A DNA stretch of 63,890 nt, the filler included, from Octopus bimaculoides (lineage: Eukaryota), in assembly GCF_001194135.2 (NCBI RefSeq). It is 9 parts of 8 records of this genome, joined end to end, with 100 filler letters (N's around TTAATTAATTAA, not from the genome) between each part and the next. Parts side by side here need not be neighbours in the genome. Positions count along the whole stretch, not along the records: positions 19,166 to 28,023 come from NC_068983.1; positions 28,124 to 38,189 come from NC_069008.1; positions 38,290 to 42,711 come from NC_068986.1; 6 more parts are not named here. The stretch is one strand, 5' to 3'. The notes below the pieces were generated by a model. It saw nothing but the letters and a program-made list of their open reading frames with translations. It made no database searches and had not been told where the DNA came from. Made by a program: the position numbers and the translations under genes. This document shows, in pieces, positions 24,981 to 38,385 of this stretch. Each line of letters starts with the position of its first letter. The stretch's first letter is position 1.

Positions 24981-25056
<76 letters not shown>

Positions 25057-25139
25057 TGTGTGTGTGTATATATGTATGTGTTTGTGTATATATCATATAT
25101 ATGTATATATGTGTGCATACATATAAATATGTGCGTGTG

Positions 25140-25171
<32 letters not shown>

Positions 25172-25379
25172 GGCTTCTACCGAACAGTGGTGAGAATGAG
25201 TGCTCAACCCCGCATCGGTTGATAATGTTTTTNNNNNNNNNNCCAATGGTTTCATGTAACAGATATTCACAATTGTTCAAGCGTGGCACCTGGAAGTGTT
25301 GATACTCGTCTCCATTTTGCATTCTCATCGAAACTAAAGAAGGTAATCGATTAAAAATTCCCAGAATTGGTTTCATGTT

Positions 25380-25710
25380 TCCTTAGAGACCAAGAAATTG
25401 GGATGTCCTACGACAGTCAACGTATTCACATGGCCTTGACCTTCGGATCACCATTTATTTCGATCCCTTCAATATACTCTTGATGGAAAGTACTTTAAAT
25501 ATCTAGAAGACTGCTAAAATCACTTTGACCAGTTCTTGATCCAGAAAGATGCCAAGTTCTGCAAAAATTAGATCAAGAAGTTGCTTCAAAGGTTGCAAAT
25601 GTGTTGCAATAAAATGGGACATATGTGAAAGAATAAATTTTTACACAAATATCTAAATATTGTTTTTGAATTTTATTTAAAATACAGTACGCACTTTTGT
25701 TCTAATGCAA
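25380..25710 (+). mobile_element. Mariner transposase 3' fragment with right TIR
   Basis: PSDHHLFRSLQYTLDGKYF..IKKLLQR with stops. Ends GCACTTTTGTTCTAATGCAA-TA. Confidence 0.75.
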
Positions 25711-26150
25711 TATATATTTCTTCTTCTTTTTCTTCCTTTCCTTCTCTTTCTTCCGATTCTTCGCTTTCGTCTTCTATTCGTTTTCCTCCGCCTCCTTCCC
25801 TTTCTCCCTCCTATCATTATTCGTATCCGCCCTCTTGATTCCTCCCACCACATAATATCTCTCCCACAGACCCATCCCTCATACACACTTTTAATTCTTT
25901 TCCATTTTATTTCCTTCCAGTACTTTCCTAACAACAATGTCTGATAGACGCACAATGTAATAATAGCATGACTTTGATGCAAGTCTGAGGAAGTGCCTCT
26001 CCAATGCCTAAAACCGCAAATATTACGTCATTTTTCTTTTAGAATTTTCGCGAAAACTGGCGTTGCAAATGGAGATGGTATGGAAACATTTGTAGCTTAT
26101 AATTAAAGATGTGTTAAAGAATTTTCTTTGTCTACTTTTCATTGTATATA

Positions 26151-26960
26151 TTGGGTCATCCCATAAATAATGCGGTTTTTTTCAAAATTAAGATAAACAA
26201 AGTTCTTTTTTAATCTAAAATATACTCTCCATCATTTTCTACATGCTCTTCCATCTATCTGATAGATTTGCAAGGTCCTTCTTTCAAAATTCACTTGTCC
26301 GTGATGAAAAAGACTCCTCCAGTACTGTTCTGACCTCGTCTACAGAATTTATATTTTTTCCATCCAAATGATTTTGAAGACTGTGGAAATCATAATCAGA
26401 TGGGGCAATGTCCAGCGAATATGGTGGGTGGAGCATCTTTTCCCATTCAAACTGCTCCAGCTTTTGGAATATCATCCTCGTTGTATGTGGCTGAGAATTA
26501 TCCTGCTGGAAGAACGCCTTTCGTCCTGAAACCAAAGATGGCAATTTTTCTTTTAGCGCTGACTTATGCCAATCAAGCTGCTTGTAATAGATCTCCTTTG
26601 CTATCGTTTGGTTTGGGTTTAAAAGTTCAAAGTGGACTAAACATTTCATATTCTACCAGAAAGATAACAACACCTTTACGTGGGTGAAGACATTCTTTAA
26701 CCTGGGATGCCGCTGTTTCTCCTTTCCCTACCTACTGTCTTCAGCGCTTGACATTTCTTTATAGAGAACCCATTTCTCGTCACCAATCACTATTCGGTTC
26801 AAAAAAGGTTCATTCGGGAGACGTGACAGCGAAGAAGAGCACACATTTACTCTCTGCGCGCGATTTGACTCGGAAACTTTGTGAGGAACCCATTGACGCA
26901 ATTTGCTGACTTTTCCAATGGCACAAAGTTGCCGATGAATGGTTGAATGATCAAATCCAA
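26151..26960 (-). mobile_element. Mariner (DD34D) transposon fragment
   Basis: WVPHKV, IVIGDEKWVLY and FQQDN..HPPYSLDIAPSDY (34 residues D to D). TIR TA-TTGGGTCATCCCATAAATAATGCGG. Confidence 0.88.
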
Positions 26961-27247
26961 GCTTCCCTGTTAGCTTTTCAGCAGTTACAAAGGAATTTTA
27001 TTCCACCAGGGTTTGCAGTATGTCCTCGTTGAGCTTTACAGATCTTCCAGGACGAGACTCATATTCTCTCTTTAGACTGGTATCCCATCGCTAGAACGTG
27101 GTAGGGATTCGTTCCCCTGCTCGCAATATATCGGATGCAGCTGTGCATTGTTAGCCAGTTAGAGGAGATGTCGTCTTGGGGTTAAAGAATCGCAGTGGAG
27201 TCCGCTCGAACGGAAGAGCCATGCTGAAGTGGCTACGTACATTACTT

Positions 27248-27336
<89 letters not shown>

Positions 27337-28139
27337 GTACGTATGATGGATGTGTGTATGCGTGTTTGTGTTAATTTTCCTCAACCTTGTTAATATGCTA
27401 ATATTTGAGATGAGAGAGAGAAAGAAAGGCTCAGTTTGCTTTTTATCTGGCATCGCTGTTAACGTATAGCTTTGTGTGTCTTGCAAATTTCCATTCCTTC
27501 GTCCCCACTTGTTGGCCAAACTTCAGAATACATCTTACTGAAATAGATTTGGACAATTTCCCAAAATCGAGAGCTTTTTTCGTTTGTTATATGTAAGAAA
27601 TATATATGAAGGAAGATGGTATAGGCTGTTAGTGGAGGTGTTGCAGCGACGGCAGCGGTGATGGTAATGATGGTGGTGGTGGTAAGACGTAAAGAACTAC
27701 ATAGAGATCCATATTGATTATTGGTCAAAGGATTAGCACCATGCCGTCATAGGTCAGCTGACAATTGACGGCTCTGCGAGCATTCTTGAAACGTTCTTCA
27801 GCTTAAACATATATATATAGGGGAGGAGGTATGTATGTATGTGACTGTATGTATTACAAATTTCTTTCAGCAGTGTTTGTTGTTGTTGTTGCTGTTGGGA
27901 GTGCTGGAGGTGGTGGAGGAGGGTGGCGGCAGTAACGGTGATTGCGATGGTTCTTGAGGTTAAGTAAATATACGATATTTTACAAATAGATTTCAAGCGA
28001 AATTGTAGGATCTAATATATTGCNNNNNNNNNNNNNNNNNNNNNNNNNNNNNNNNNNNNNNNNNNNNTTAATTAATTAANNNNNNNNNNNNNNNNNNNNN
28101 NNNNNNNNNNNNNNNNNNNNNNNATATATATATATATAT

Positions 28140-28275
28140 ACGACGGGCTTCTTTCAATTTCCGTCTACCAAATCCACTCACAAGGCTTTGGTCGGCCCGA
28201 GGATATAGTAGAAGACACTTACCCAAGGTACCACGCAGTGGGACTGAACCCGGAACCATGTGGTTGGTAGGCAAG
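28140..28275 (-). mobile_element. SINE family A head/CORE-like part
   Basis: Reverse complement of 2570-2717, running into (TA)n and a gap. Confidence 0.85.
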
Positions 28276-28399
28276 CCTCTTAACACACAGCCACAAAATA
28301 TCATAATAGGATCTTTTTTAAACAGGGAATGGCTACGAGGGTCCATTTCACTAAAATAGAAGTCAAAGGGGTTCACAGGTGAAAAATGGTTGAGAAACA

Positions 28400-28950
28400 G
28401 ACTAGGTTGTTATTTCTACCAGATCTAGCTGCCACGTAGAGGCCTCTCTGACTGTCTCATACAGAGAAACATACATATGATAGTAGGCTGTATTTGAGGG
28501 AGATTTGGCTGCTATTTCTAACAGCTCTAATTACCACGTAGAGATTTCTCCTTCATTGGCTCATACATATACATACATAAGCCAGTAAGATGTATTTGAG
28601 GGAGATTTGGCTGCTATTTCTAACAGATCTTAAGACCACATAGAGGTCTTCCTCATTGGCTCATACATACACATATACATACCTAAGACAGTAGGGTGTA
28701 TTTGAGCGAGATTTGGCTGCTATATCTACCCGTTTTATGTGCCGTGTAGAGTTCTTCCACATTGGCTCATCCATACATACATACATACATACATACATAC
28801 ATACATGCCCTCGTTGGCTCACACCACACACACACAAGACCGTAGGATGTTATTTGAGGGAGATTTGACTGGTATTTCTCGCAGGTCTAGCTCCCATGTA
28901 GATGTCTCTTTCGTTGGATCATACATGCATACATCAGCCAGTAGGGTGTT
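28400..28950 (+). repeat. Degenerate tandem array, about 5 units of 100-150 bp
   Basis: Recurrent TATTTGAGGGAGATTTGGCTGCTATTTCT..CCACGTAGAG..CATTGGCTCATACAT unit. Solitary related copy near 31760. Confidence 0.8.
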
Positions 28951-29285
28951 GGTGTGTTGACGTCCCTGTAATTTAGCGGTTCGGCAAAAATGATCGATAG
29001 AATAAGAACTAGGATTACAAAAAAANNNNNNNNNNNNNNNNNNNNNNNNNNNNNNNNNNNNNNNNNNNNNNNNNNNNNNNNNNNNNNNNNNNNNNNNNNN
29101 NNNNNNNNNNNNNNNNNNNNNNNNNTATATATATATACACACACACACACACGTCTCTCTCTCTCTCTGTATATGTATATATACTGTATATATTTACATA
29201 TATGTGTGTGTGTATTTAAATAAAATCTTGTGATTTATCTACATATATAATTTTCTTAGATATCCCGTTATTCATACACAAACAG

Positions 29286-29341
<56 letters not shown>

Positions 29342-29488
29342 TGTGTGTATGTGTGCTTTTACGCGCATGCAGATATGTGTTAATACAGATATATATATAT
29401 ATATATATATTTACATACATATATGTATGTATTCTTAGGGGCATGTACCTACATGTGTGTATATGTATGCACACACAAAAGTATCTAT

Positions 29489-29527
<39 letters not shown>

Positions 29528-30279
29528 TGCCACTGTTCTCCCTGGGTCCGTGCTTGACAGCTACAACGGAACTTACAACAACAACGACAAAATCGCCGAT
29601 TTGCAACACCAAAAGAAAAACTTTTGCTGAGCCTTGTTAATAAAGAAATATAGCTGTAACGATGAAGGGGGGGGGGGCAGAGATGGAGTAAGGATTATTC
29701 AGCACATCGTATTTTTTAATTTTTTTTTTTATCTATTCAAATATGTTTTCCTCTCTCTGACTAGAAATGANNNNNNNNNNNNNNNNNNNNNNNNNNNNNN
29801 NNNNNNNNNNNNNNNNNNNNNNNNNNNNNNNNNNNNNNNNNNNNNNNNNNNNNNNNNNNNNNNNNNNNNNNNNNNNNNNNNNNNNNNNNNNNNNNNNNNN
29901 NNNNNNNNNNNNNNNNNNNNNNNNNNNNNNNNNNNNNNNNNNNNNNNNNNNNNNNNNNNNNNNNNNNNNNNNNNNNNNNNNNNNNNNNNNNNNNNNNNNN
30001 NNNNNNNNNNNNNNNNNNNNNNNNNNNNNNNNNNNNNNNNNNNNNNNNNNNNNNNNNNNNNNNNNNNNNNNNNNNNNNNNNNNNNNNNNNNNNNNNNNNN
30101 NNNNNNNNNNNNNNNNNNNNNNNNNNNNNNNNNNNNNNNNNNNNNNNNNNNNNNNNNNNNNNNNNNNNNNNNNNNNNNNNNNNNNNNNNNNTCTTGGTGC
30201 GTAATATGCTGTTTGCGGAGTGCTGTCGGGGCGTGACGCGTTGTGTGCGGTAACGGAGAAGGCAAATAGGCTTCTTCTG

Positions 30280-30317
<38 letters not shown>

Positions 30318-30536
30318 ACGTATATATGTATATATTTGTCTTTGAGTGGTTATTTGTTAGTCTGTGTGTAAGTGTCACTGAAGAGATGTTGGTATAAGCA
30401 GCATATCAAAGTGCGTGTGTATGTGTCTAAGTGTAAATGTGTGTGTATGTATGTATATATATATATATTTATGTATTAGTTTGTAAGCGTGTCTAAATTT
30501 AACAGTGAGTGTATGTATGCACAGGTGTAAGCTTTG

Positions 30537-30582
<46 letters not shown>

Positions 30583-30742
30583 ACTCACACACACAGGTGA
30601 AGGCATCTACGTGGATTCGGGTTCACTTCCAATGTATGACACCTGGGCAAGTGTCTAACTGCAGCCTGGGATCGAGCAACACTTAGTGAGGGAATATCGT
30701 AGAAGGAAACTGTGTGGAAACTTGTCTTGTGTATGTGTGTGT

Positions 30743-30814
<72 letters not shown>

Positions 30815-30859
30815 CTGTTTTGAAACGGTGAATCTCGAAGCTCATAAAGCTTAGCATGG

Positions 30860-31400
30860 GGCTCGGACCTCCATCTCCTTAAACATGAGAGGCGTTCTAC
30901 TATTGTACCAATGTAATCCTTCGAGTTTTTCTATCCATTATACCTGGGCTGCCTTTTAGCGGTCGATATTTATGTGCTGTTGTTTAGAGCTTTGTGTACT
31001 TCGAGATCCACTGTTCCAAAAAAGACTCGAAAGTTTATAAATTCTTATGACGTCAATAGTTCCAGTTCCCTATAGCTCCTGGATTTGTTGAGTATATAAA
31101 GGAATTGGTTGCTTGTTTCTCCGGAGTTGGTCAAAATGGTGTCGGCGCATCTTTGGTAGGATGGTCCGCTGATATTCGTTGAGGCTGCATCGAAGAGACA
31201 AAAGATAAAAGGAGACAGAAAAAACGCACTCAACACCAGAGCTGAAGACACCTCCAAAGGTGGGGGCCCCGCCACGTCAAAAACGGTAGAGAAACCGGAC
31301 GGGGTTCCTCCTGATGATGTCTTTAGCCATTGGATCCTATAAAGAAACTGTTGAGGTCGCGGACCCGAAACGTGTTTGGGATTCTTCAGTTTTAGAGGCG
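30860..31400 (+). mobile_element. Probable Penelope-like element 3' end / pseudo-LTR remnant
   Basis: Degenerate HLLKH..NPSSFSI..LE..P..QKD..VYKFL resembles a PLE endonuclease C-terminus. CTGATGA..CGAAACGTGTT hammerhead-like motif at 31305-31390. Confidence 0.4.
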
Positions 31401-31433
31401 TCCAATGAATGGCAGAAACTTTAGATGGCGGAC

Positions 31434-31655
31434 AGGTAGCAGAATCGTTAGCACACCGGGCGAAATGCTGAGCGGTATTTTGTCTGCCGTTGCGTTCTGA
31501 GTTCAGATTCCGCCGAGGTCGACTTTGCCTTTAATCCTTTCGGGGGTCGATTAAATAAGTACCAGTTACGCACTGGGGTCGATGTAATCGACTTAATTCC
31601 TTTGTCTGTCTTTGTTTGTCCCCTCTTTGTTTAGCCTCTTGTGGGCAATGAAGAC
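31434..31655 (+). mobile_element. SINE family D (Nin/Deu-like)
   Basis: Collinear with 4017-4250. Confidence 0.82.
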
Positions 31656-32171
31656 AAATGAATGGGTAACTGTGATTCAACTTAATAATAATCTATATTT
31701 CTATTTGTAATTTGCGCTGAAAATTTGTCCAATCTTTCGGACAAAGTAACTGAAATGGTTAAGGGAAATTTGGCTGCTATTTCTGGAAACTCGGGTGACC
31801 GCTTAAGGCGTTCGTCGTTTGCTCGTGCATGGCGATCGTTGTGAGGTGTTGGCTTCTGTTACAGATACGTTGGTGTTGTGTTTCTTTGTGATCTCTCGTG
31901 TGTGCTCGGCACTGACTTCTTATTTACGTTAATACGAAGATTTGTTTCAGTAACGTGTACACGCCTGCGTTGGATTGCGTGTGTGTGTTTGTGTGTTTGT
32001 GTGTTTGTGTGCATATGTGTATATATGAATATGTGTGGGTGTGTTTACGTATTTGTGTGCATGTGTGTATCTATGCATGTCTGTGTGTGTCTGCATTTAT
32101 GATGAATTTTGTTTGTGTGTTTACATACATACATACGTCTATATATATTGCATATCTTAGAATCTTCATAT

Positions 32172-32215
<44 letters not shown>

Positions 32216-32225
32216 NNNNNNNNNN

Positions 32226-32269
<44 letters not shown>

Positions 32270-32572
32270 TGTGTCTGTTCATATGTGTGTGAACATATAC
32301 ATATTGCGTGTCGTTGAACCTCTATATCATTCATATATATGTATGTACATATGTATCTATCTATCTATCTATTTGTCTATCTATCTGTCTATCTCTATAT
32401 CTATATCTGTGTATCTATCTGTCTATCTATTTTTGAATCTGTTAATATATGGACATATGAATATGTGGAAATATGATATATATATATACATACATACACG
32501 AAGTTTAATCAGGCATTATGCATACATACAAGCTCGCGCACAGACACACAGACACACACACGCATATAAATC

Positions 32573-32653
<81 letters not shown>

Positions 32654-33043
32654 CTATGTGCACATACATGCCTGAGAAATTATATACATAGAAACATATA
32701 ACCACACGCACACACATGTTTGTGACAGAGGTAGTTATTTTCACACTGAGAATAAATGAGAAATGGAGAGAGAGAGAGAGAGAGAGAAAGAGACACAGAG
32801 ACAGAGAGAGAGAGAGAGAAGTAGGAGAGTGAAGATGGAGAGAAAATATATGGAGAAGAACATAATATCGAAATCAGCAGGATATTTAGTGAGATAGCTT
32901 ATTTAACATCTCAGGACTGGGTCAGAGTTCATCTTCGGAGTCTCAAGTGGCTGACATAGAGGTAGCAATGGCGATGACTACGACGACGTGAGCGGCGGCG
33001 GCAGCAGCCGACAGAGCAAAGTGTTAATGTGTATTTGTGTGCG

Positions 33044-33088
<45 letters not shown>

Positions 33089-34407
33089 TATATGCATGCT
33101 GTGTTGGCTGTTGCATGGTGGGGTTAAGGGTTGTGTTAGCGCCATGTAACCATGATAGGTAGTATTTTGTGAGACCCTTTAGCAGTCAGGTGAACAGGGG
33201 TCTGTGAAAGGAGCCATAAATTTCCCATGAAGAATTACCGAAAGCCATGCTTTGTTAGCCTTGTAGCTTAAAATACAGTCCCTTGGTAGGAAGAGAAAGA
33301 ATGCAAGAAAGAGCTATAGATAGGTAGATAGACAGAGCTAGATAGATGGACAGAGACAGATAGATAGATAGACAGTTAGATAGACAAATAGACAGACAGA
33401 CAGCAATGTAACTACAAACGTGCTGTTGGTGATTTCTTTTCCTTCTTTGGACTTTTCTCTTTCTCAAAGGAGCAATGCACGAAACGTCAAAACCTCTCTC
33501 CTTTTGCTATACATCAAACTAGTACATTCGTTGTTCACGTCCTCTTGTTGTTTGTTATCGTTAATTTTATTGTTCATTTATATATATATACATACAGAGA
33601 GAGAGAGAGGGATGGATAGATGGATGGAGAGAGAGAGTTCATCGTGTTGCCTTGCACGCATGCGTGAGTGCCAGCAGTATTTTTGAAGTTCTTCAGCATA
33701 TTGGAATTGGAAACTAACAGATGCTGTCTGAGATGAATTGCACTGAATGAAATAATAATTTGAGCTGGTGACGAGAAAGTGTTTTTTTGAGCTGAGCTGA
33801 GATGAGTTGAGATGAGAAATGTTTGCGGTTTTACTGACATTTAAACGGTTTATATTACTTGTGTGTGTGTATGTATGTATGCATGTGTGTGAGTGTATGC
33901 ATGTATGTATTGTGTGTATGTATGAAGGTAAGTATGTATATGTAATGTATGTATGCGTACTGGGGTCGATCTAATCAACTGGCCCCCTCCCCCAAAATTT
34001 CGGGCCTTGTGCCTAGAGTAGAAAAGAAGTATGACCAATTTATTGCACAGAAATTTTAACAATTTGTTTTTCAGTGTGTGCGTATGTATGTATGTATGTA
34101 TGTATGTATCCGTGTCTTTGCAAGTTTACGTATATTTATGAATATATATATATATATGCATTTATGTGGATGTGCAGTGACGTTTACGAAAGTGTATACA
34201 TTTATATAAAAACACGTTTATATGAATATGTATGTATATGCATACTTAAATATATGTATGTGTATATACGTGTTTGTGTTGTGTGGGTGTATATCCGTTT
34301 ATTGTTTTTACACACACACACACACACACATATGTGTGTGTGTCTGTATGTACAAACATGTACATGTATATAGGCATGCATTTATGCGTATATAATGTGT
34401 GTGTGCG

Positions 34408-34441
<34 letters not shown>

Positions 34442-34849
34442 AATGACTGGCCAGACGACATCCTAGATGGATTGATGGATAGGTAGATGGCGATGATGAG
34501 AAAGTTTACGGAGGAGAGAATGATGGGATCGAGGTTGGAGGTGGGGGTTCCAATGAAGTTGTCGACAAGTACCGACATAAATTCACCACTCAACCCATAC
34601 CTAAACTATGTTTCATCACACATACACATTTGTATGCAAAATTGCATACGATATACAAGCAGTAATACATTAACTCTATCTCTCTCTTTCACTCACACAT
34701 ATGTCTCTCTGTGCAAATGTATATATGTTTATATGTATGCGTTTGTGTGAGTATCTATCTATCTATCTATCTGTCTATCTATCTATCTATCTATCTGTCT
34801 ATCTGTCTATCTGTCTATCTATCTATCTATCTATCTATCTGTCTATCTG

Positions 34850-34888
<39 letters not shown>

Positions 34889-35365
34889 NNNNNNNNNNAT
34901 ATATCTTTGTGTGTGTGTGGGGGGGAGTTGCATCTTAACACTTCCGAGTTTGCATATGTGCTTGTGTGTATATTTGATACACACACACACACGCACACAC
35001 ACAGACACACACACACACACACACACACACATTCTCATGCATGTACATCCATTGTCTACAATAAATATTTCACTTTTCAATGAAATATTACCACGATACA
35101 TACATACATATACATTCGCCTATATATATATATGTATATATATATCACTCGCCAACAAACAACAATTTTTGAACAAACATATATGTTTGTACATGAATGT
35201 TTATATTTACATATGTATATGCATATGTAAATATAAACTATATATATATATATATATATATAAACTCACTATATATATGTATGTACATAGGTATATATAT
35301 ATTTATATATGCATGTATGTATACGCGCACACATTGATATATATATGTCGGTTGTCTCCCCTTAC

Positions 35366-35525
35366 CGCGTCACATGACAAATATGCATGCTGTTTTTCTC
35401 TGTTTCTAACCTGTTTGAACTCTGGCCCCGTGTTGACCCCTCCCGGCAACAAACTGTAACATGCAGCTCCGCTTGTGCCCTTCGTCACGATAGACGCCAC
35501 CGCCACTACTGCTGACGTTGCCACC
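35366..35525 (-). CDS. Candidate coding exon of an unidentified gene (5' part in gap)
   Basis: GC-rich unique island. Open frame VATSAVVAVASIVTKGTSGAACYSLLPGGVNTGPEFKQVRNREKQHAYLSCDA ends at a GCG|GTAAGG donor. No recognisable domain. Confidence 0.3.
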
Positions 35526-36016
35526 NNNNNNNNNNNNNNNNNNNNNNNNNNNNNNNNNNNNNNNNNNNNNNNNNNNNNNNNNNNNNNNNNNNNNNNNNNN
35601 NNNNNNNNNNNNNNNNNNNNNNNNNNNNNNNNNNNNNNNNNNNNNNNNNNNNNNNNNNNNNNNNNNNNNNNNNNNNNNNNNNNNNNNNNNNNNNNNNNNN
35701 NNNNNNNNNNNNNNNNNNNNNNNNNNNNNNNNNNNNNNNNNNNNNNNNNNNNNNNNNNNNNNNNNNNNNNNNNNNNNNNNNNNNNNNNNNNNNNNNNNNN
35801 NNNNNNNNNNNNNNNNNNNNNNNNNNNNNNNNNNNNNNNNNNNNNNNNNNNNNNNNNNNNNNNNNNNNNNNNNNNNNNNNNNNNNNNNNNNNNNNNNNNN
35901 NNNNNNNNNNNNNNNNNNNNNNNNNNNNNNNNNNNNNNNNNNNNNNNNNNNNNNNNNNNNNNNNNNNNNNNNNNNNNAAACACACACACGTACACTTCGT
36001 CTACGGCAGACTGACG

Positions 36017-36184
36017 AACCTGTAGGCAGATATGATTAAAAGAAAAGGACAGATAGATCGATAGATAGGTAGATAGATAGAGAGGTAGGTTGGTAGATAG
36101 CTATATAGATAGGTAGATAGAGAAAAGTAGATAGAGAGGTAGGTTGGTAGATAGATATATAGATAGGTAGATAGNNNNNNNNNN

Positions 36185-36225
<41 letters not shown>

Positions 36226-36800
36226 TATATATATGTATCACATACACACATGTCTATCATACTCATAAACGAAGAAACACTCATGTGTGCGCGCGAGCAA
36301 ACACACACACGTACACTTCGTCTACGGCAGACTGACGAACCTGTAGGCAGATATGATTAAAAGAAAAGGACAGATAGATCGATAGATAGGTAGATAGATA
36401 GAGAGGTAGGTTGGTAGATAGCTATATAGATAGGTAGATAGAGAAAAGTAGATAGAGAGGTAGGTTGGTAGATAGATATATAGATAGGTAGATAGAGAGA
36501 AGTAGATAGAGAGGTAGGTTGGTAGATAGATATATAGATAGGTAGATAGAGAGAAGTAGATAGAGAGGTAGGTTGGTAGATAGATATATAGATAGGTAGA
36601 TAGAGAAGTAGATAGAGAGGTAGGTTGGTAGATAGATATATATAGATAGGTAAATAGAGAGGTAGGTTGGTAGATAGATATATAGATAGGTAGATAGAGA
36701 GAGATAGAGAGATAAAGATAGATAAGTAGATAGATAGAGAGGTAGATAGATAGCCTGGTAGATAGATAGATAGATAGATACAGAGATGGGTAGATATGTA
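36017..36800. repeat. About 54-bp minisatellite built from (TAGA)n variants
   Basis: Unit AGATAGAGAGGTAGGTTGGTAGATAGATATATAGATAGGTAGATAGAGAGAAGT repeated about 5 times at 36396-36700. Confidence 0.85.
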
Positions 36801-37340
36801 TACGTACAAATATACGAGAGAGAGAGGGAGAAGGATGGAAAATGGCAGAAGATAAAAACGAAGTCAGGCAGACAGACAATTTCAAACTCGCTTCACTTTC
36901 TCTTCACCTCTACATGTAAGTGACCTACCCATAACTCGTCATACAATCCTCAATTCGTATGACCATATTTCACATCGGATACAGTCACAGGTCTTACTAT
37001 TTGTTGGTTTTACGCCATACATTCATACATACATACATGCATACATACATGCAAACATACATATATGAATATGGGGCCGTGTTGGGGGGTATTTTGCATA
37101 TATATATATTAAAGCTCTGCAGTTCTTCTCAATCATGTCACAGTGCAATGCTTAATGAAAAGGTGTGTGTATAACTTTGTATATGTGTATGTACTTATAT
37201 ACGTGAGTATGTGTGCGTATAGATGTGTGTGTGTGTGGTGTGTATGATATTTATTTGTATACATGTGTCTGTGAGTGTATGTTTGTATGAAGTTAAGTAT
37301 GTAACCGTATATATATATATATATATGTTTACATATAACG

Positions 37341-37374
<34 letters not shown>

Positions 37375-37808
37375 TGAATTGTCCGTAAATACCATATGTA
37401 AAATGAATTATATATCTAAAGTCTAAAAACCATGTATAAAACCCGTCATTATATGTATATATACACACACACACACACACACACATACATAATACCTATG
37501 TCTATATAATACATGTATATGATATATATTGTTCCTCTTATGGCGTATGAGCGTTTGTATATATTTTGGCAATTTTTGGTTAGGAACAGCGTTATATTGT
37601 GTCATGGCTCTTTGTTCTTAAAAAATACCAAAAAAAAACCCCTCAAAACAATCAAAAACAAATACTAGCGTATGTTTGTTGTTGTTGTTGTTGTTGTTGT
37701 TATTACTGCTACTGTTATTGGTGTATTTTTTATGCAATTTGTCACCTGTTCATATGCATTAATTTACAATTTTGCTTTTGTGTATGTATGTATGTATATA
37801 TATATATG

Positions 37809-37863
<55 letters not shown>

Positions 37864-38344
37864 CCTGTCTGAATTACGTAAATGATGACTTTAGGTGACT
37901 TTTGAACTTCAGTGCATTATTAATGCATATGGTACGTAACGAAGATGTAAAGCATATATAATACATTAGGTTATATATGGTGCAATATATATATACATGT
38001 CATTTATGTCTTTCTATCTATCTGTCTATTTATCTATCTATCTACTTGTCTATCTGTTTGTCTGTCTATCCATCTGTCTTTCTGTCTGTATCTATCACAT
38101 ACCATTCACACAGGCAGGGAGACAAGCCCCTACATATAATATACAGCACACATGTATATATATACAATCACACACACACACACACACACNNNNNNNNNNN
38201 NNNNNNNNNNNNNNNNNNNNNNNNNNNNNNNNNTTAATTAATTAANNNNNNNNNNNNNNNNNNNNNNNNNNNNNNNNNNNNNNNNNNNNGCAACAGTAAC
38301 ATCCACCCCTAGGGGTCAGCCACACTTAAGTGGCAATATACTAC

Positions 38345-38385
<41 letters not shown>

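Noticed and set aside
28400-28950. Repeat-spacer pattern resembling a CRISPR array
   Set aside because: Animal context, long diverged units, microsatellite spacers and no cas genes.
30370-30420. CTGAAGA plus a hairpin, hammerhead-like
   Set aside because: GAAA is absent and there is no stem I complement.
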